A stretch of DNA of 41,624 nucleotides from a virus (IMGVR_UViG_3300020472_000058:1-41624); one strand, 5' to 3'. Shown: positions 20,617-30,219, counted from the stretch's first letter. Notes: generated from the letters alone by a model not told the origin. Program-made: numbers and translations.

Positions 20617-21278
20617 TAACCTATCCTTAATGATTTCCTAGCTCTACCTTTACTTTTATTTACTGCTAGTTTTGAGGCACTTTTATTTTTTATCTTTCCT
20701 TTACGGCTCATTTTTTCAACATCTACTTTATTTTGTCCTCCTCCTCCTCCTCCAGTAAGAGTAGATAAACCATCATTCAAAGTTGTGGCTAATCCAGAAA
20801 GACCATCACCTACAGTATCCTGAAATTTATTTAAAAGATTTTCTGTGGTTCCGCCTATTTTAAGATCTTTTAAAGTTGTTAAAGCTCCTGATCCTGCTCT
20901 TCCTGCTTCTTCTCCGATTGCTTCCATTCCAGTACTAAGACCTTCTGCAGTAACATCTGTAATTTGATCTGTTGCATTTGTTATAGGATCTACAACAGTG
21001 GTTTCAAGGGCATCAACAGCATCAGTAGCTATTTCTCCTGCTGATGATAGAGGTTCTGTGACTGCTCCCAAAACCTCTTGTGCTCCCTGACTTGCAGTTC
21101 CAGTTGCTGTACTCGCTATTCCTGTGGCTGCTGTGCCTATACCTGAGACACCTGAAGCAATACCTGAAGCAATACCACTACAAAGACTAACTTCTCCATC
21201 ATATTCAAAAGATTTAGAATCTGTTTTTACTAGTTGACCATCTAGCCACTTATAATTTATTTCTGTATATATTTTCAT
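20616..21278 (-). CDS. Putative small ejected virion protein (gp7.3 position), Gly/Ala/Thr-rich with basic C-terminus
   Basis: Directly upstream of the portal with TAATG overlap; ends KGRARKSLRIG. Confidence 0.6.
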   Translation of the reverse strand: MKIYTEINYKWLDGQLVKTDSKSFEYDGEVSLCSGIASGIASGVSGIGTAATGIASTATGTASQGAQEVLGAVTEPLSSAGEIATDAVDALETTVVDPITNATDQITDVTAEGLSTGMEAIGEEAGRAGSGALTTLKDLKIGGTTENLLNKFQDTVGDGLSGLATTLNDGLSTLTGGGGGGQNKVDVEKMSRKGKIKNKSASKLAVNKSKGRARKSLRIG

Positions 21279-21279
21279 T

Positions 21280-21753
21280 TTAATTTAAGGGGAAATAGAA
21301 CTGGTAACGAGTAACAACATTAGTCCATTCTTGGGTTTCCTTTGCTAACTCTGCAAAGTAATCTAAATTACTAATACAAAACATACCTACACATTTATTT
21401 TCTCTGGCAAATTTTGTAATAGTTTTATAAGCTTCAAAATATCTTTTTGAAACTGTGTCTTTATCTACATCTTTAGTACGAGTGGAAGAGTATAATACTA
21501 AAGTAGATCTTCCTGTAAATTCACAGGTCTGAAGTTGTGTAAGTACAAGATAATCCTCATCTCCTTCTATCCAAAGGTGCATAGTATTACTGAAAGGATT
21601 CATTAACCTTTCGTATACACCTTTATACAACTGTTCCCTCTCTTCATCTGTGAATTGATGTTCCTTACTTAAACTCTCAAAAGCCATTTCAAGATAAGGT
21701 CTATACTTCTTCCAATTCTCTTTGATCTTTCTTTGTGAAACAATCTTTAACAT
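21280..21753 (-). CDS. Hypothetical protein, possibly GNAT-fold
   Basis: 157 aa with AAGAGGA SD; pattern LWI...LVLTQL...LVLYS...ITKFARENKC resembles small phage acyltransferase-like proteins. Confidence 0.45.
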   Translation of the reverse strand: MLKIVSQRKIKENWKKYRPYLEMAFESLSKEHQFTDEEREQLYKGVYERLMNPFSNTMHLWIEGDEDYLVLTQLQTCEFTGRSTLVLYSSTRTKDVDKDTVSKRYFEAYKTITKFARENKCVGMFCISNLDYFAELAKETQEWTNVVTRYQFYFPLN

Positions 21754-21770
21754 TTATCCTCTTAAAAAGT

Positions 21771-21926
21771 TTATACTGTTGGTCTTCTAATTCTTAAATT
21801 CATTCTTTTCTTACGAGCTTTATTAGATACAAATCGTGGATCTTGAGTTGTTAAACCTTGACCAGCTTTTGCTTCCATTTTTTCTGGTTCAACATCTCTA
21901 GGAGTGCTTCCACTATTCATACACAT
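21771..21926 (-). CDS. 51-aa gp6.7-like virion protein (MCMNSGSTPRDVEPEK...RKKRMNLRIRRPTV), missing from the ORF track
   Basis: Manual translation; GGAG SD; Met-Cys start and basic LRI tail as in T7-like gp6.7/7.3; fills the gap between neighbouring genes. Confidence 0.7.
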   Translation of the reverse strand: MCMNSGSTPRDVEPEKMEAKAGQGLTTQDPRFVSNKARKKRMNLRIRRPTV

Positions 21927-22095
21927 CTTCTATACTCTCCTTATAAGTAGCTTGAATAATATTAATTACATCTTGTTGTCCTTGAAGAAATCTAATCTCT
22001 TCAATAGTACAGACTTTATCATTAGGTAACTTATTAGGAAAAGTTTCCTCTAGCCAATCTAAAAGATCCTCAGAAATATTATAAATTCCTACCAT
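21913..22095 (-). CDS. Small hypothetical protein (gp6.5 position)
   Basis: AAGGAG SD; LLDWLEETFPNKLP...GQQDVI motif; first gene after the late promoter. Confidence 0.7.
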   Translation of the reverse strand: MVGIYNISEDLLDWLEETFPNKLPNDKVCTIEEIRFLQGQQDVINIIQATYKESIEDVYE

Positions 22096-22121
22096 TTATC
22101 TCCTTAAAATGTGTACCCTTT

Positions 22122-22140
22122 CTTCTAGAGTGTTGGTTTT
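22122..22140 (-). promoter_or_regulatory. Phage RNAP promoter (late/structural)
   Basis: AAAACCAACACTCTAGAAG; core ACACTCTAGA recurs in intergenic DNA at 30222 and 38354 and resembles SP6 GACACTATAGA. Confidence 0.75.
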
Positions 22141-22183
22141 GTATATACTAAAACAAAGAAGTACACATTAATAACTGAATTTA

Positions 22184-24115
22184 TTATACAATTTCACATG
22201 CTCCCCCTGAGCAGGAAAGCTCTTGGGAAGCTATAGTATAATCATCCTTTTCGTAGTCAGAAAGTTTGCTCCAATCAATATGCGGAACTTTCTTTTTCAG
22301 TTTTCTATATTCTTTTTCTGTGCAATCCTGATAAGGTGCTTGAGCATAAACATGATCAGAATAAGGAAGAAAAGATACTCCAGAAATAGAATCAAAATTC
22401 CTATAGACAAATGCTCCTACTTCTAACCATTCTTCTTCTCTTACTGAGATAGTTTGGGAGACTTTATGTTCAGTAAATGCTTCAGAATAAACAGTATGTA
22501 ATACTAACTGATCTATTGCTGAGAGATCATTCCTACATAAAGCGTGTGTTGGGGATGCCATAGGAAAGGAAAAGACTGCACCTGTCTCAGGTTTAATTGT
22601 GTCATCTTCAACTGGAACTCCTTGATCAATCATCAACTTAGTAATGGGATCTTTTTTATCTCCTCGTACTGTCCTTATATAGAAAGGACTATGGCGAGTG
22701 TGAATTCCTGATGCTGAATCTACTAACTGACTGACAGTTCCACTAGGTTTGATTGCAGTAATAGCAGAACTAGGATTAATTTTTAAATTAATTGCTGTTT
22801 CTGTATTTGCAAAAGCTGCAATGTTTTTTAATGTTTCAAGATTTTCTGAAAGCTCATCAACTTCCGTAGGAGATACCAAGTCATGTCCATTGGTAAGCTC
22901 ATTGTCCATGATCCCTGTAAGAGAAACTCCAAGTAATCTTTCCTCTTCACAGTTGGTCTTCCACTTGTTTGAGATATATCTAAAGCTAGTTAAGGTACTC
23001 TGCCAAGTGCCAAGAATTGCTGCTAACCTTATCTTTCTCTGTATGTCCTCCCAACCATCATCGGCTCTTACAACTGCTTCGGTAAGGTTACAAAATTCCT
23101 TAGATCGTAGTATGATCTCAGAGCAGGGATTAGTTCCAAAGTCATCCAGAGCTTTCCTGCGATCTCCTAACTTTTCGGTATGTTTCTTAGCGTTTGCAGA
23201 AGAAAAGATTCCTCGTTCACCTGACTTAGATGTGTAAAGGCTTCTCCACTCCTTCAGGAAGGTTCCGATGTCTGGTTTGGTGTGGTAGTTTGCTGAATTA
23301 TTCGCAAGGTATCGTTGTGCATTCTCATATCCAAACTCACCAGATTTACAGGATCTTACCTCATCATCTCCAAGGTCTGAAAGAGACAGTAACGCACTTC
23401 TTCGTACTCCTCCTACCACTATACACTCTGCGATTTTACAGACTATATCATGACACTCCAAAGGACGTAGTTTCCTAGCTTTAGCTTTTTGGAACTTCTC
23501 AATAGTAAATTTAAACAAAGCATCCAAAGGTTCTGGACCACTAGCTCTTCCTCCAAAGGTTTTCAAGACTGACCCTGCAGGTCTAACTGCACTTAAATCC
23601 CAAGTTGGAATTAATCCTGACCAAAGAAGAGAGGTTAGTTCCTTGAACGCTTTTGCCCATCCAAGTTTAGAATCTCGTACTCTGATAACTGTGTCGGTAG
23701 GATACAAGTTAAAAGGTACTACTGGTAACTGATTAACATGCCTAGATTCAACTGAAAATCCTACTCCAGTTCCATTCATAAGAACGTATAGTATTTCATC
23801 AAACGCTCTTGTCGAGTCTACTGCAGTATAGGCACAGTTATAACCAGCAATGTTCTCCTTCTTCAAAGCTGGTCCTGCTGTCATTAGGCATCTCATTGAT
23901 GGCATGACTTCAAGATTAAGTACTGCTTCCTGTAACTCAATCCTGAGCTTTTTCGGAACTTTATAAGAATAATTATCTAAAAGATGTTCTTCAAAGAAAT
24001 TAAAATATCGGCTAACTGTTTCTCCCCAATTTTCTCTCCTCTTCTCCTCTGGTAACCATCTGGAATAACGACTGAGATGTATATACTCCTGATATTGTGT
24101 AGGTAGTTTACTCAT
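22184..24115 (-). CDS. nrdJ: Class II (B12-dependent) monomeric ribonucleoside-triphosphate reductase
   Basis: SRYSRW, PSMRCLMTAG, YNC, GTNPCSEI and TAIKPSGTVSQL motifs, C-terminal CSGGACEI; no R2 subunit gene nearby. Confidence 0.9.
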   Translation of the reverse strand: MSKLPTQYQEYIHLSRYSRWLPEEKRRENWGETVSRYFNFFEEHLLDNYSYKVPKKLRIELQEAVLNLEVMPSMRCLMTAGPALKKENIAGYNCAYTAVDSTRAFDEILYVLMNGTGVGFSVESRHVNQLPVVPFNLYPTDTVIRVRDSKLGWAKAFKELTSLLWSGLIPTWDLSAVRPAGSVLKTFGGRASGPEPLDALFKFTIEKFQKAKARKLRPLECHDIVCKIAECIVVGGVRRSALLSLSDLGDDEVRSCKSGEFGYENAQRYLANNSANYHTKPDIGTFLKEWRSLYTSKSGERGIFSSANAKKHTEKLGDRRKALDDFGTNPCSEIILRSKEFCNLTEAVVRADDGWEDIQRKIRLAAILGTWQSTLTSFRYISNKWKTNCEEERLLGVSLTGIMDNELTNGHDLVSPTEVDELSENLETLKNIAAFANTETAINLKINPSSAITAIKPSGTVSQLVDSASGIHTRHSPFYIRTVRGDKKDPITKLMIDQGVPVEDDTIKPETGAVFSFPMASPTHALCRNDLSAIDQLVLHTVYSEAFTEHKVSQTISVREEEWLEVGAFVYRNFDSISGVSFLPYSDHVYAQAPYQDCTEKEYRKLKKKVPHIDWSKLSDYEKDDYTIASQELSCSGGACEIV

Positions 24116-24452
24116 TCTTTCCCCTTTCTCTTTCAATTAAAAATTCAATGTATGTTCTTGCTTTTAACAAATCGTTTATACCTCCTTTGTGTTGGTATCT
24201 AGAAACATATTTAATTACGTTTCCTTCCAAGAAATCCAATTCATTCTTGGTTATGTATTCGATGGGTTGGATAGCGAATCCAACCTTGTCGTAGTGTTTA
24301 GGATTAGTTACTTCTTCATTCTCAAGCCTAAGCCTTTTGATGTTCTCCTGATCATTTCCAACTTCAATATATTCTTGCTTCCATGCATCCCATTGTTGGG
24401 TAGACTTAGAAGACCTTTCTCTTTCTAATTTATCTAAATCGTAGTTACTCAT
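24108..24452 (-). CDS. DUF3310 / gp1.7-like protein
   Basis: VTNPKHY...IQPIEYI...GNVIKYVSRY..KGG..DL.KA..Y motif. Confidence 0.85.
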   Translation of the reverse strand: MSNYDLDKLERERSSKSTQQWDAWKQEYIEVGNDQENIKRLRLENEEVTNPKHYDKVGFAIQPIEYITKNELDFLEGNVIKYVSRYQHKGGINDLLKARTYIEFLIERERGKNE

Positions 24453-25207
24453 ACATCCCCTTTCCATAAATTAACTGTGCTTTGTTCACGATTATAATCA
24501 GTTGCTCTAAGTATTCTTGCCATACGAGCATTTAAAATAGCATCTTCTTCTGTTAATCCTGCTTTTTCAAATCTCTTTACTACAGTTTTCCAGAGATCCT
24601 CACCTTTTTTCTGTGCATCCTGTAGTAATTTTTCTGCTGTTACTTTACCTACATTAGGACAGCCTTTATAGTTATCAACTGCATCTCCTTTTAAAGTTTG
24701 AGAAAAGAAATTAAAATCTGCTTCCTTCTTAGAGATAGGATATATTTTTTTATGTTTTAAATCCCAATGTAATCCTGGAATAGTTAATAAATCTTTATCT
24801 TCACTAACTATAATATATTCATCAGGCTTTCCACTCTCACAGGTAGCAATAATTCCAATGACATCATCGGCTTCTAGGTTAGGAAGCTGCCTAAAAGGAT
24901 AAGTATCTTTACAGTATTCCAAAGCCTGTGTAAAACATAAAGGTTTTCTTCCTCCTCTTCGATTGGCTTTATACTCTGGATTTACTTCCTTCCTATAATT
25001 TTTTTTATCAGAGAAACAAAGAATGCTTCTGTCTGCATTAATTTCATCAACTAATAAATCAACCTGATCATCAATAATAGTTTTAACTTTATTAAGATCT
25101 GCCCATAGTACCCATTGGTCATCTCCCCAATTAACTTCTTCTTCTGCTACTCGACAAGCTTTATAAAGAAGTATGTCTGCATCTATTACTGCTATTCTTT
25201 CTATCAT
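24449..25207 (-). CDS. 5'-3' exonuclease (gp6-like)
   Basis: IDADIL, YKANR, LEADDVIGI, SEDKDL and GDAVDNYKGCPNVGK motifs. Confidence 0.93.
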   Translation of the reverse strand: MIERIAVIDADILLYKACRVAEEEVNWGDDQWVLWADLNKVKTIIDDQVDLLVDEINADRSILCFSDKKNYRKEVNPEYKANRRGGRKPLCFTQALEYCKDTYPFRQLPNLEADDVIGIIATCESGKPDEYIIVSEDKDLLTIPGLHWDLKHKKIYPISKKEADFNFFSQTLKGDAVDNYKGCPNVGKVTAEKLLQDAQKKGEDLWKTVVKRFEKAGLTEEDAILNARMARILRATDYNREQSTVNLWKGDV

Positions 25208-25215
25208 ATATCCTC

Positions 25216-25740
25216 TTAGAGTTGTGGTGGATTGTTATAAGTTTCAGGATCAGTCAAATCGTATGCGTAATCCTCGTACATTTCTAAAGTTAAACTGTTA
25301 CCTATTATTTCATCGAAAGGAATTATATAAATCTTCGGGAATTTTACCATAAATAAGAAATTAAAATCACTTTTAGTATATGGAAATTTCCTAGATTTAC
25401 CTCTATATTTATCTCCGTTTTCTCGTTTTAAATATATACGATCTCCTTTTTCAGTTGTCTTAACTTGAATAGTAGACCATGATGTCCCTTTATTTATAGC
25501 AAAGTCACAGCTACTACATGAATTAGTAGGTTCAAATACATCGTAGTTCCATCTATGTAATATGTAACGTACAAGATCTTCCCCTGCTAACCCTATAGTT
25601 TGATTTACTTTCCCTTGTTTAATGGGTTTCTCCCCAATTATTTCCGATGGAGTATTCTCCTGAGAGTGGGATTCTGAGTCCAAATCTAGTCCCAGTAATG
25701 GTAATTGCCTCGACACAAATTCTACCGATTTGTTCTGCAT
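25216..25740 (-). CDS. PD-(D/E)XK endonuclease, likely a free-standing homing endonuclease
   Basis: G.AGE...CDFAI...IQVKT...YTKSDFNF pattern; TAAGGAG SD before ATG 25740; overlaps the last 122 nt of the polymerase gene. Confidence 0.7.
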   Translation of the reverse strand: MQNKSVEFVSRQLPLLGLDLDSESHSQENTPSEIIGEKPIKQGKVNQTIGLAGEDLVRYILHRWNYDVFEPTNSCSSCDFAINKGTSWSTIQVKTTEKGDRIYLKRENGDKYRGKSRKFPYTKSDFNFLFMVKFPKIYIIPFDEIIGNSLTLEMYEDYAYDLTDPETYNNPPQL

Positions 25741-27352
25741 AGTTCTCCTTAACTGTTAGTTGTACCTCATCGTGAACAAACGCTACCTGATTATAATCCT
25801 CTCCACGTTTGAACCCTTTTTTATTAAGTAGTGAATGAATTTCCACTACCCATTGTTTACAAATTATTGCTCCTGCTGATTGAAGGAGTGTGTTTAAAGC
25901 TGCATGCTGAGATCTAACAGGAACAAACCTACCATCTAATCCTTTAATGGCTCCTTGTTCTACTGCTTTATCTTGAACAGCTTTTCTTAGTGATTTTAAA
26001 GCTGGTAATTGAGAAAGAAATTTAGTCTTTAATAATTTCCCTTCCTTCCTACCCTTCCCAACGATCTCACCAATCTTTTGATCTCCCGCACCATACAGAA
26101 AACCATAAATGAATGTCTTGGCTTGATCTCTCGTAGCCAAACCAGCTGCTTCCTGATTAACAGTATGTATATCTTCCTCCAAAAGTTTCTTGCCATATTC
26201 GCCATTGTCATACCTAGCAAGATAATGCGATAGACAACGCAACTCAAGGCCAGAGACATCAACGCCCAATAGTTTCTGTCCTCTATTCGCAGTAAATAAA
26301 GAGCGACAATCTTTCCCATAGGGTGCATTTGTATTCGGAACTTGAGCGAGGTTTGGGTTTGAGTGAGAACACCTTGAAGTCGATGCTCCCATCGTATTGA
26401 CTCTCCCATGCAATCTCCCATTTTTTACGAGTTTTAGCCATGCTTGATCCCCTTCTGCAAGTTGACCAATGCGTTTATTTAACATAAGATATTCAGACAT
26501 TAACTTAGCTTCAGGATAGTCTAACTTTTTGAGAATAGTCTCATCAATTTTAGCTTCTCCTGTTGGTGTGAACTCTTGCGGTTTCCAGCCTCTGAGTTCC
26601 TTGAGTCTTTTTGCAATGTGTTGTCGTGAATTAGGATTGAACTCAATAATTTTAACTTTAGAATACAATTCATTACGTCTAAGTCCCTCGTTAATGAGCC
26701 ATGATCCAAAAACTTTTTTAAGTTTTGTTTCAAGTACATCCCTTTTACTTGCCAGTTCTGAATATAATTTAACAGCTTTTGTTTCATCGAAATTAATTCC
26801 ATAATACTCCTGCTTGTTACAAATGTTGGCAATCTGATGCTCTAATTTAACGGAATTCTTACTAGGCAATCTTCCCCTAAAATTTTTCCATAAAATATCC
26901 GTTAGTTCGACATCTTGAATACAATAGTCGATCATCTCCTGAGATAGTTCTTCAAAAGCATTTTCGGAAACTCCATATTCCCCTTTAAGGTTTTCAAGCC
27001 TATATCCCCAAGCTTTTAAAGAGTGGGAACCAAAGTATTTAGGTTCAAGTCTCCTAACTTTGATATCCTCTGATCTTAGATCCGCATGTATTAATCTACT
27101 AAGAATTAACGTATCGGTAACTTGGGATATTGGTATTTTAAAACCATATAATCTCCTTAAAACTTCCAAGTCAAATCCTAGAATATTATGTCCTATGATC
27201 TGACCAGTTTTAAGTACCTTTAAAGAGTCCTCAATTTCCTCTTGTTTTGTGGCTACTGTGATTGAATCATCAATCTTATACACAAGACAATGTACTTTTG
27301 AGACTGTATCTAAAAGTCCATCAGTTTCTATGTCTAGTATAATATTTTTCAT
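25619..27352 (-). CDS. Family A DNA polymerase (gp5-like)
   Basis: Exonuclease DIETDG and HNILGFD; motif A DVSGLELR; motif B AKTFIYGFLYG; motif C VHDE. Confidence 0.96.
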   Translation of the reverse strand: MKNIILDIETDGLLDTVSKVHCLVYKIDDSITVATKQEEIEDSLKVLKTGQIIGHNILGFDLEVLRRLYGFKIPISQVTDTLILSRLIHADLRSEDIKVRRLEPKYFGSHSLKAWGYRLENLKGEYGVSENAFEELSQEMIDYCIQDVELTDILWKNFRGRLPSKNSVKLEHQIANICNKQEYYGINFDETKAVKLYSELASKRDVLETKLKKVFGSWLINEGLRRNELYSKVKIIEFNPNSRQHIAKRLKELRGWKPQEFTPTGEAKIDETILKKLDYPEAKLMSEYLMLNKRIGQLAEGDQAWLKLVKNGRLHGRVNTMGASTSRCSHSNPNLAQVPNTNAPYGKDCRSLFTANRGQKLLGVDVSGLELRCLSHYLARYDNGEYGKKLLEEDIHTVNQEAAGLATRDQAKTFIYGFLYGAGDQKIGEIVGKGRKEGKLLKTKFLSQLPALKSLRKAVQDKAVEQGAIKGLDGRFVPVRSQHAALNTLLQSAGAIICKQWVVEIHSLLNKKGFKRGEDYNQVAFVHDEVQLTVKENYAEQIGRICVEAITITGTRFGLRIPLSGEYSIGNNWGETH

Positions 27353-28980
27353 TAGAAGTCCTCCTTATTCTCCTTTTCAAATCCATAAGATTTAGCTTCA
27401 TCAGGTGAAGCAGTAACTACCATTCTTCCTGTCTCCTTAGAATAATGTAAGGTATCTGCAACTCCAGTTTCTCCTGTCCATCGGTTTTTCAGAACTCTGA
27501 TAGTTGTGAGGTCTGGATTCTCCTCGTCTTGTTGGTTTCTTTCACAACCAATTACTATGTCAGAGAGTTGAGCTATCCCATGAGAACCTCTTAACTGGTT
27601 CAAAGTAGTTCTAACTCCTTCTTCATGACCTTTATCTCCTGTAGGTCTGCGTAAGTGAGATACAAGAATTAAAGAACATTGAACTTCTTCTACCAAAGAA
27701 CGTAGTTTAGTCATCACAAAGTCTAACATTCTCCTTTCATCTCCTCCTTCTAAACCAGAAAGAATTATAGTAAGATGATCCAAGATAATATGAGTGCATC
27801 CTACACCTTTTACAAGGTATCTTATCTTGTTAAAGAGATGGTTGATCTCCATGCTTCCCCAATGATCGTAGAGGAATAGGTTTCCTGTGCCTAGTACATT
27901 ATCAAATCCACTCTTTAATTCTTCTGGAGTATGATCCACACTTTGTAGATGAATAGGCTTGTTAAGGTATAATCCTATGAAACCAAGCGCAGTCCTCTTA
28001 GTATTTTCCTCAAGTGCAAGATATCCCACTTTCTGATCCTGAAGCATCAGTGAGTATGCTATTTCTCTACAGACTTGACTCTTACCTACTCCTGAACCTG
28101 CGGTGATTGTAATGATCTCGCCTTTACGAATACCCTGAGTCATGTTATTCAATCCATTGAAAGGATAAGGCATTGAATCTGTTTCTACTGTGGTACTAAC
28201 GAGATCCCATAGGTCTTTCCCATCAATGATACCATCAGGTCTATAGCTTTTTGCATTCCAGATCTGATTGATAATTTCTGCACCTCTTCCTGCTTGTATC
28301 ATCTCATTAGGATCTTTAAGCGGAAGTGTAGCAATTTTTACTTTTCCTGGACTAAACAACTGAACGCAATCATCCACAGCTTTTTGACCTGCATCATCCT
28401 GATCGAACATCAGTATAACGGACTCAAAATTTTCTAGGTATTCTAAGTCGTTCTGAATAGCCTTCCTTGCTCCTGCTGCTCCAGTTGGGATACTAACCAC
28501 AGGCCATTTGTTTCCTTGCGCCTGAGAGACAGACATGGCATCTATTTCACCCTCGCAAATGGTGATCATCTTGCCTTTTTCCCACAAGTGTTTTCCGTAA
28601 AGTCCTGCTTCTTTAGTATCTCCTATAAAAAGGAAATCTTTGTTAGGAAACCTGAGTTTCTGAGCTACTACATGCCCATCTTTTTTATAATTAGCAATCT
28701 GAACTTTTTTACCTTTTACTTCACCAATTTGGTAAGACCATTTACTTACAGTAGCTTTAGTTAAAGCACGTTTTTTGAGTGCTTCTACTTCTCCTTTAAT
28801 AAAATCCATACTATATTTCTCCTCTTGTTTAATGTTCTCCTTAGTGTCTCCTTGTTGTCTATAACCGCAACCTGGAGTAAAACACCAACCATGCCCATCA
28901 TCATAGACAGCTAAGTTATCTACAGAACCGCATCTAGGACATGGAGCATGGGAGATGCAAGTAGATTCTTGTTCTCCCAT
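27352..28980 (-). CDS. Primase/helicase (gp4-like)
   Basis: Zn ribbon CPRC...CFTPGC; TOPRIM EGEID and FDQD; Walker A AGSGVGKS; LRGS...QLSD. Confidence 0.96.
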   Translation of the reverse strand: MGEQESTCISHAPCPRCGSVDNLAVYDDGHGWCFTPGCGYRQQGDTKENIKQEEKYSMDFIKGEVEALKKRALTKATVSKWSYQIGEVKGKKVQIANYKKDGHVVAQKLRFPNKDFLFIGDTKEAGLYGKHLWEKGKMITICEGEIDAMSVSQAQGNKWPVVSIPTGAAGARKAIQNDLEYLENFESVILMFDQDDAGQKAVDDCVQLFSPGKVKIATLPLKDPNEMIQAGRGAEIINQIWNAKSYRPDGIIDGKDLWDLVSTTVETDSMPYPFNGLNNMTQGIRKGEIITITAGSGVGKSQVCREIAYSLMLQDQKVGYLALEENTKRTALGFIGLYLNKPIHLQSVDHTPEELKSGFDNVLGTGNLFLYDHWGSMEINHLFNKIRYLVKGVGCTHIILDHLTIILSGLEGGDERRMLDFVMTKLRSLVEEVQCSLILVSHLRRPTGDKGHEEGVRTTLNQLRGSHGIAQLSDIVIGCERNQQDEENPDLTTIRVLKNRWTGETGVADTLHYSKETGRMVVTASPDEAKSYGFEKENKEDF

Positions 28981-29068
28981 ATTTCCTCTTTAAATTGTGA
29001 ACCAGTAACTAACAGTTAGGACAATGAGATACTTCCCTCTGCGTCACTACATTTACATAGTTACTGGT

Positions 29069-29440
29069 TTATTTTTCATGAATCCATAAGTTAGGTATTA
29101 TTGATTCGGCATATAAAAATTCATATTTCTCACACCATTCTTGGCAAGTATACCTTCCTCCTTGAACTTTACTTTTAAGTTTTCCAAAAATAAATCTAAT
29201 ATCTAGCTCAGGATGTTGCTGTCTAATCAGTCTATGTTTTCTCTGATCCTCAGCCTTGAACCATCCCTTAACTTCTATCAGTATACCATTAGGAAGCAAG
29301 AAATCAGGTTGATATTTCTTTGGAACCTCATAACCTATTCGGTGCGTTTTAGGTTCAAAGATAAAACTAACTCCTTGCTTTTCCAGATAGTCTGCTACCG
29401 ATCCTTCTAGATTAGATCTATAACGATTAGAAATCGTCAT
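29069..29440 (-). CDS. Endonuclease I / Holliday junction resolvase (gp3-like)
   Basis: YRSNLE...YQPDF..PNGILIEVKG...HPELDIRFIF; start trimmed to the ATG overlapping the end of gp2.5. Confidence 0.92.
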   Translation of the reverse strand: MTISNRYRSNLEGSVADYLEKQGVSFIFEPKTHRIGYEVPKKYQPDFLLPNGILIEVKGWFKAEDQRKHRLIRQQHPELDIRFIFGKLKSKVQGGRYTCQEWCEKYEFLYAESIIPNLWIHEK

Positions 29441-29984
29441 CATCCTCAGAATCTGAAGTGACAAAAGGATTCTCCGTAGGTTCTTCAGAAGTAAATCCTT
29501 CTTCCTTTTCAAATCCTGAAGTTTCTCCACCATCGTACTCAACGAGATCCAAAACCTGAACTGCATTAAAGTACATAGTAACTCCTGACTTTCCATTTAC
29601 AGTATACTGTATTGGAGAGTAAGAAACCTTAACAGTTGATCCCCAACCGATATCCACATTACACGGCTTCATCTGAGAATCTACTACCATGATCTTAACA
29701 TCACGAGATTCCCCATTTCTACCTTTGATTGAGGCTTTCTGCTTGAACTTAAAGACGATATCATCACCATCTTCTTTGTATGGAAGAAACTCAGATGCTT
29801 TTTTACCTGAAGAAGCAACTTCATCTGCAATCCACCCATCAATTTTTTCCATCCAATCTTTTGCTTGTTTTGACTTAGCAGAAAGTAAAAGGTTAATCTG
29901 AAACACATCATATTCAGGATGTGGTCTTTTAACATTAACCCATTTACATTTTGCTTTTGGACTTACAAGTTTTTGTACTGCCAT
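29427..29984 (-). CDS. Single-stranded DNA-binding protein (gp2.5-like)
   Basis: FKFKQK, IGWGSTVKV and AVQVLDLVEY motifs; acidic tail ending in F (SEDDDDF). Confidence 0.92.
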   Translation of the reverse strand: MAVQKLVSPKAKCKWVNVKRPHPEYDVFQINLLLSAKSKQAKDWMEKIDGWIADEVASSGKKASEFLPYKEDGDDIVFKFKQKASIKGRNGESRDVKIMVVDSQMKPCNVDIGWGSTVKVSYSPIQYTVNGKSGVTMYFNAVQVLDLVEYDGGETSGFEKEEGFTSEEPTENPFVTSDSEDDDDF

Positions 29985-30005
29985 ATTGTTCTCCTATATT
30001 ATATA

Positions 30006-30206
30006 TTAATATTGATTAGATGAGAATTCACCTAATATTTCTTTCTGTATTGGATCTAATCCATCTTCTATTTCCTCCTTTTTTAAAAATAGGTTAATAA
30101 GATATTCTGGATCTATTCCAGAATTGTTAAGTTCAATATAAATATCTACAGGTAAAGGTTCTCCTGATTTTAATATCTCTATTGCTTGATATTCAAGTTG
30201 TTCCAT
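30006..30206 (-). CDS. Small acidic hypothetical protein
   Basis: AAAGGA SD; GEPLPVD...GID motif; first gene after the middle promoter. Confidence 0.65.
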   Translation of the reverse strand: MEQLEYQAIEILKSGEPLPVDIYIELNNSGIDPEYLINLFLKKEEIEDGLDPIQKEILGEFSSNQY

Positions 30207-30219
30207 GATTTCCTTTCTA

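Noticed and set aside
26029-26832. Alternative-frame minus ORFs inside the polymerase (also 2555-2818, 29684-29935, 31758-31943, 34123-34326, 39241-39471)
   Set aside because: Unlike the nested MTase ORF, they show no family motif, and short open alternative frames are expected from codon bias.
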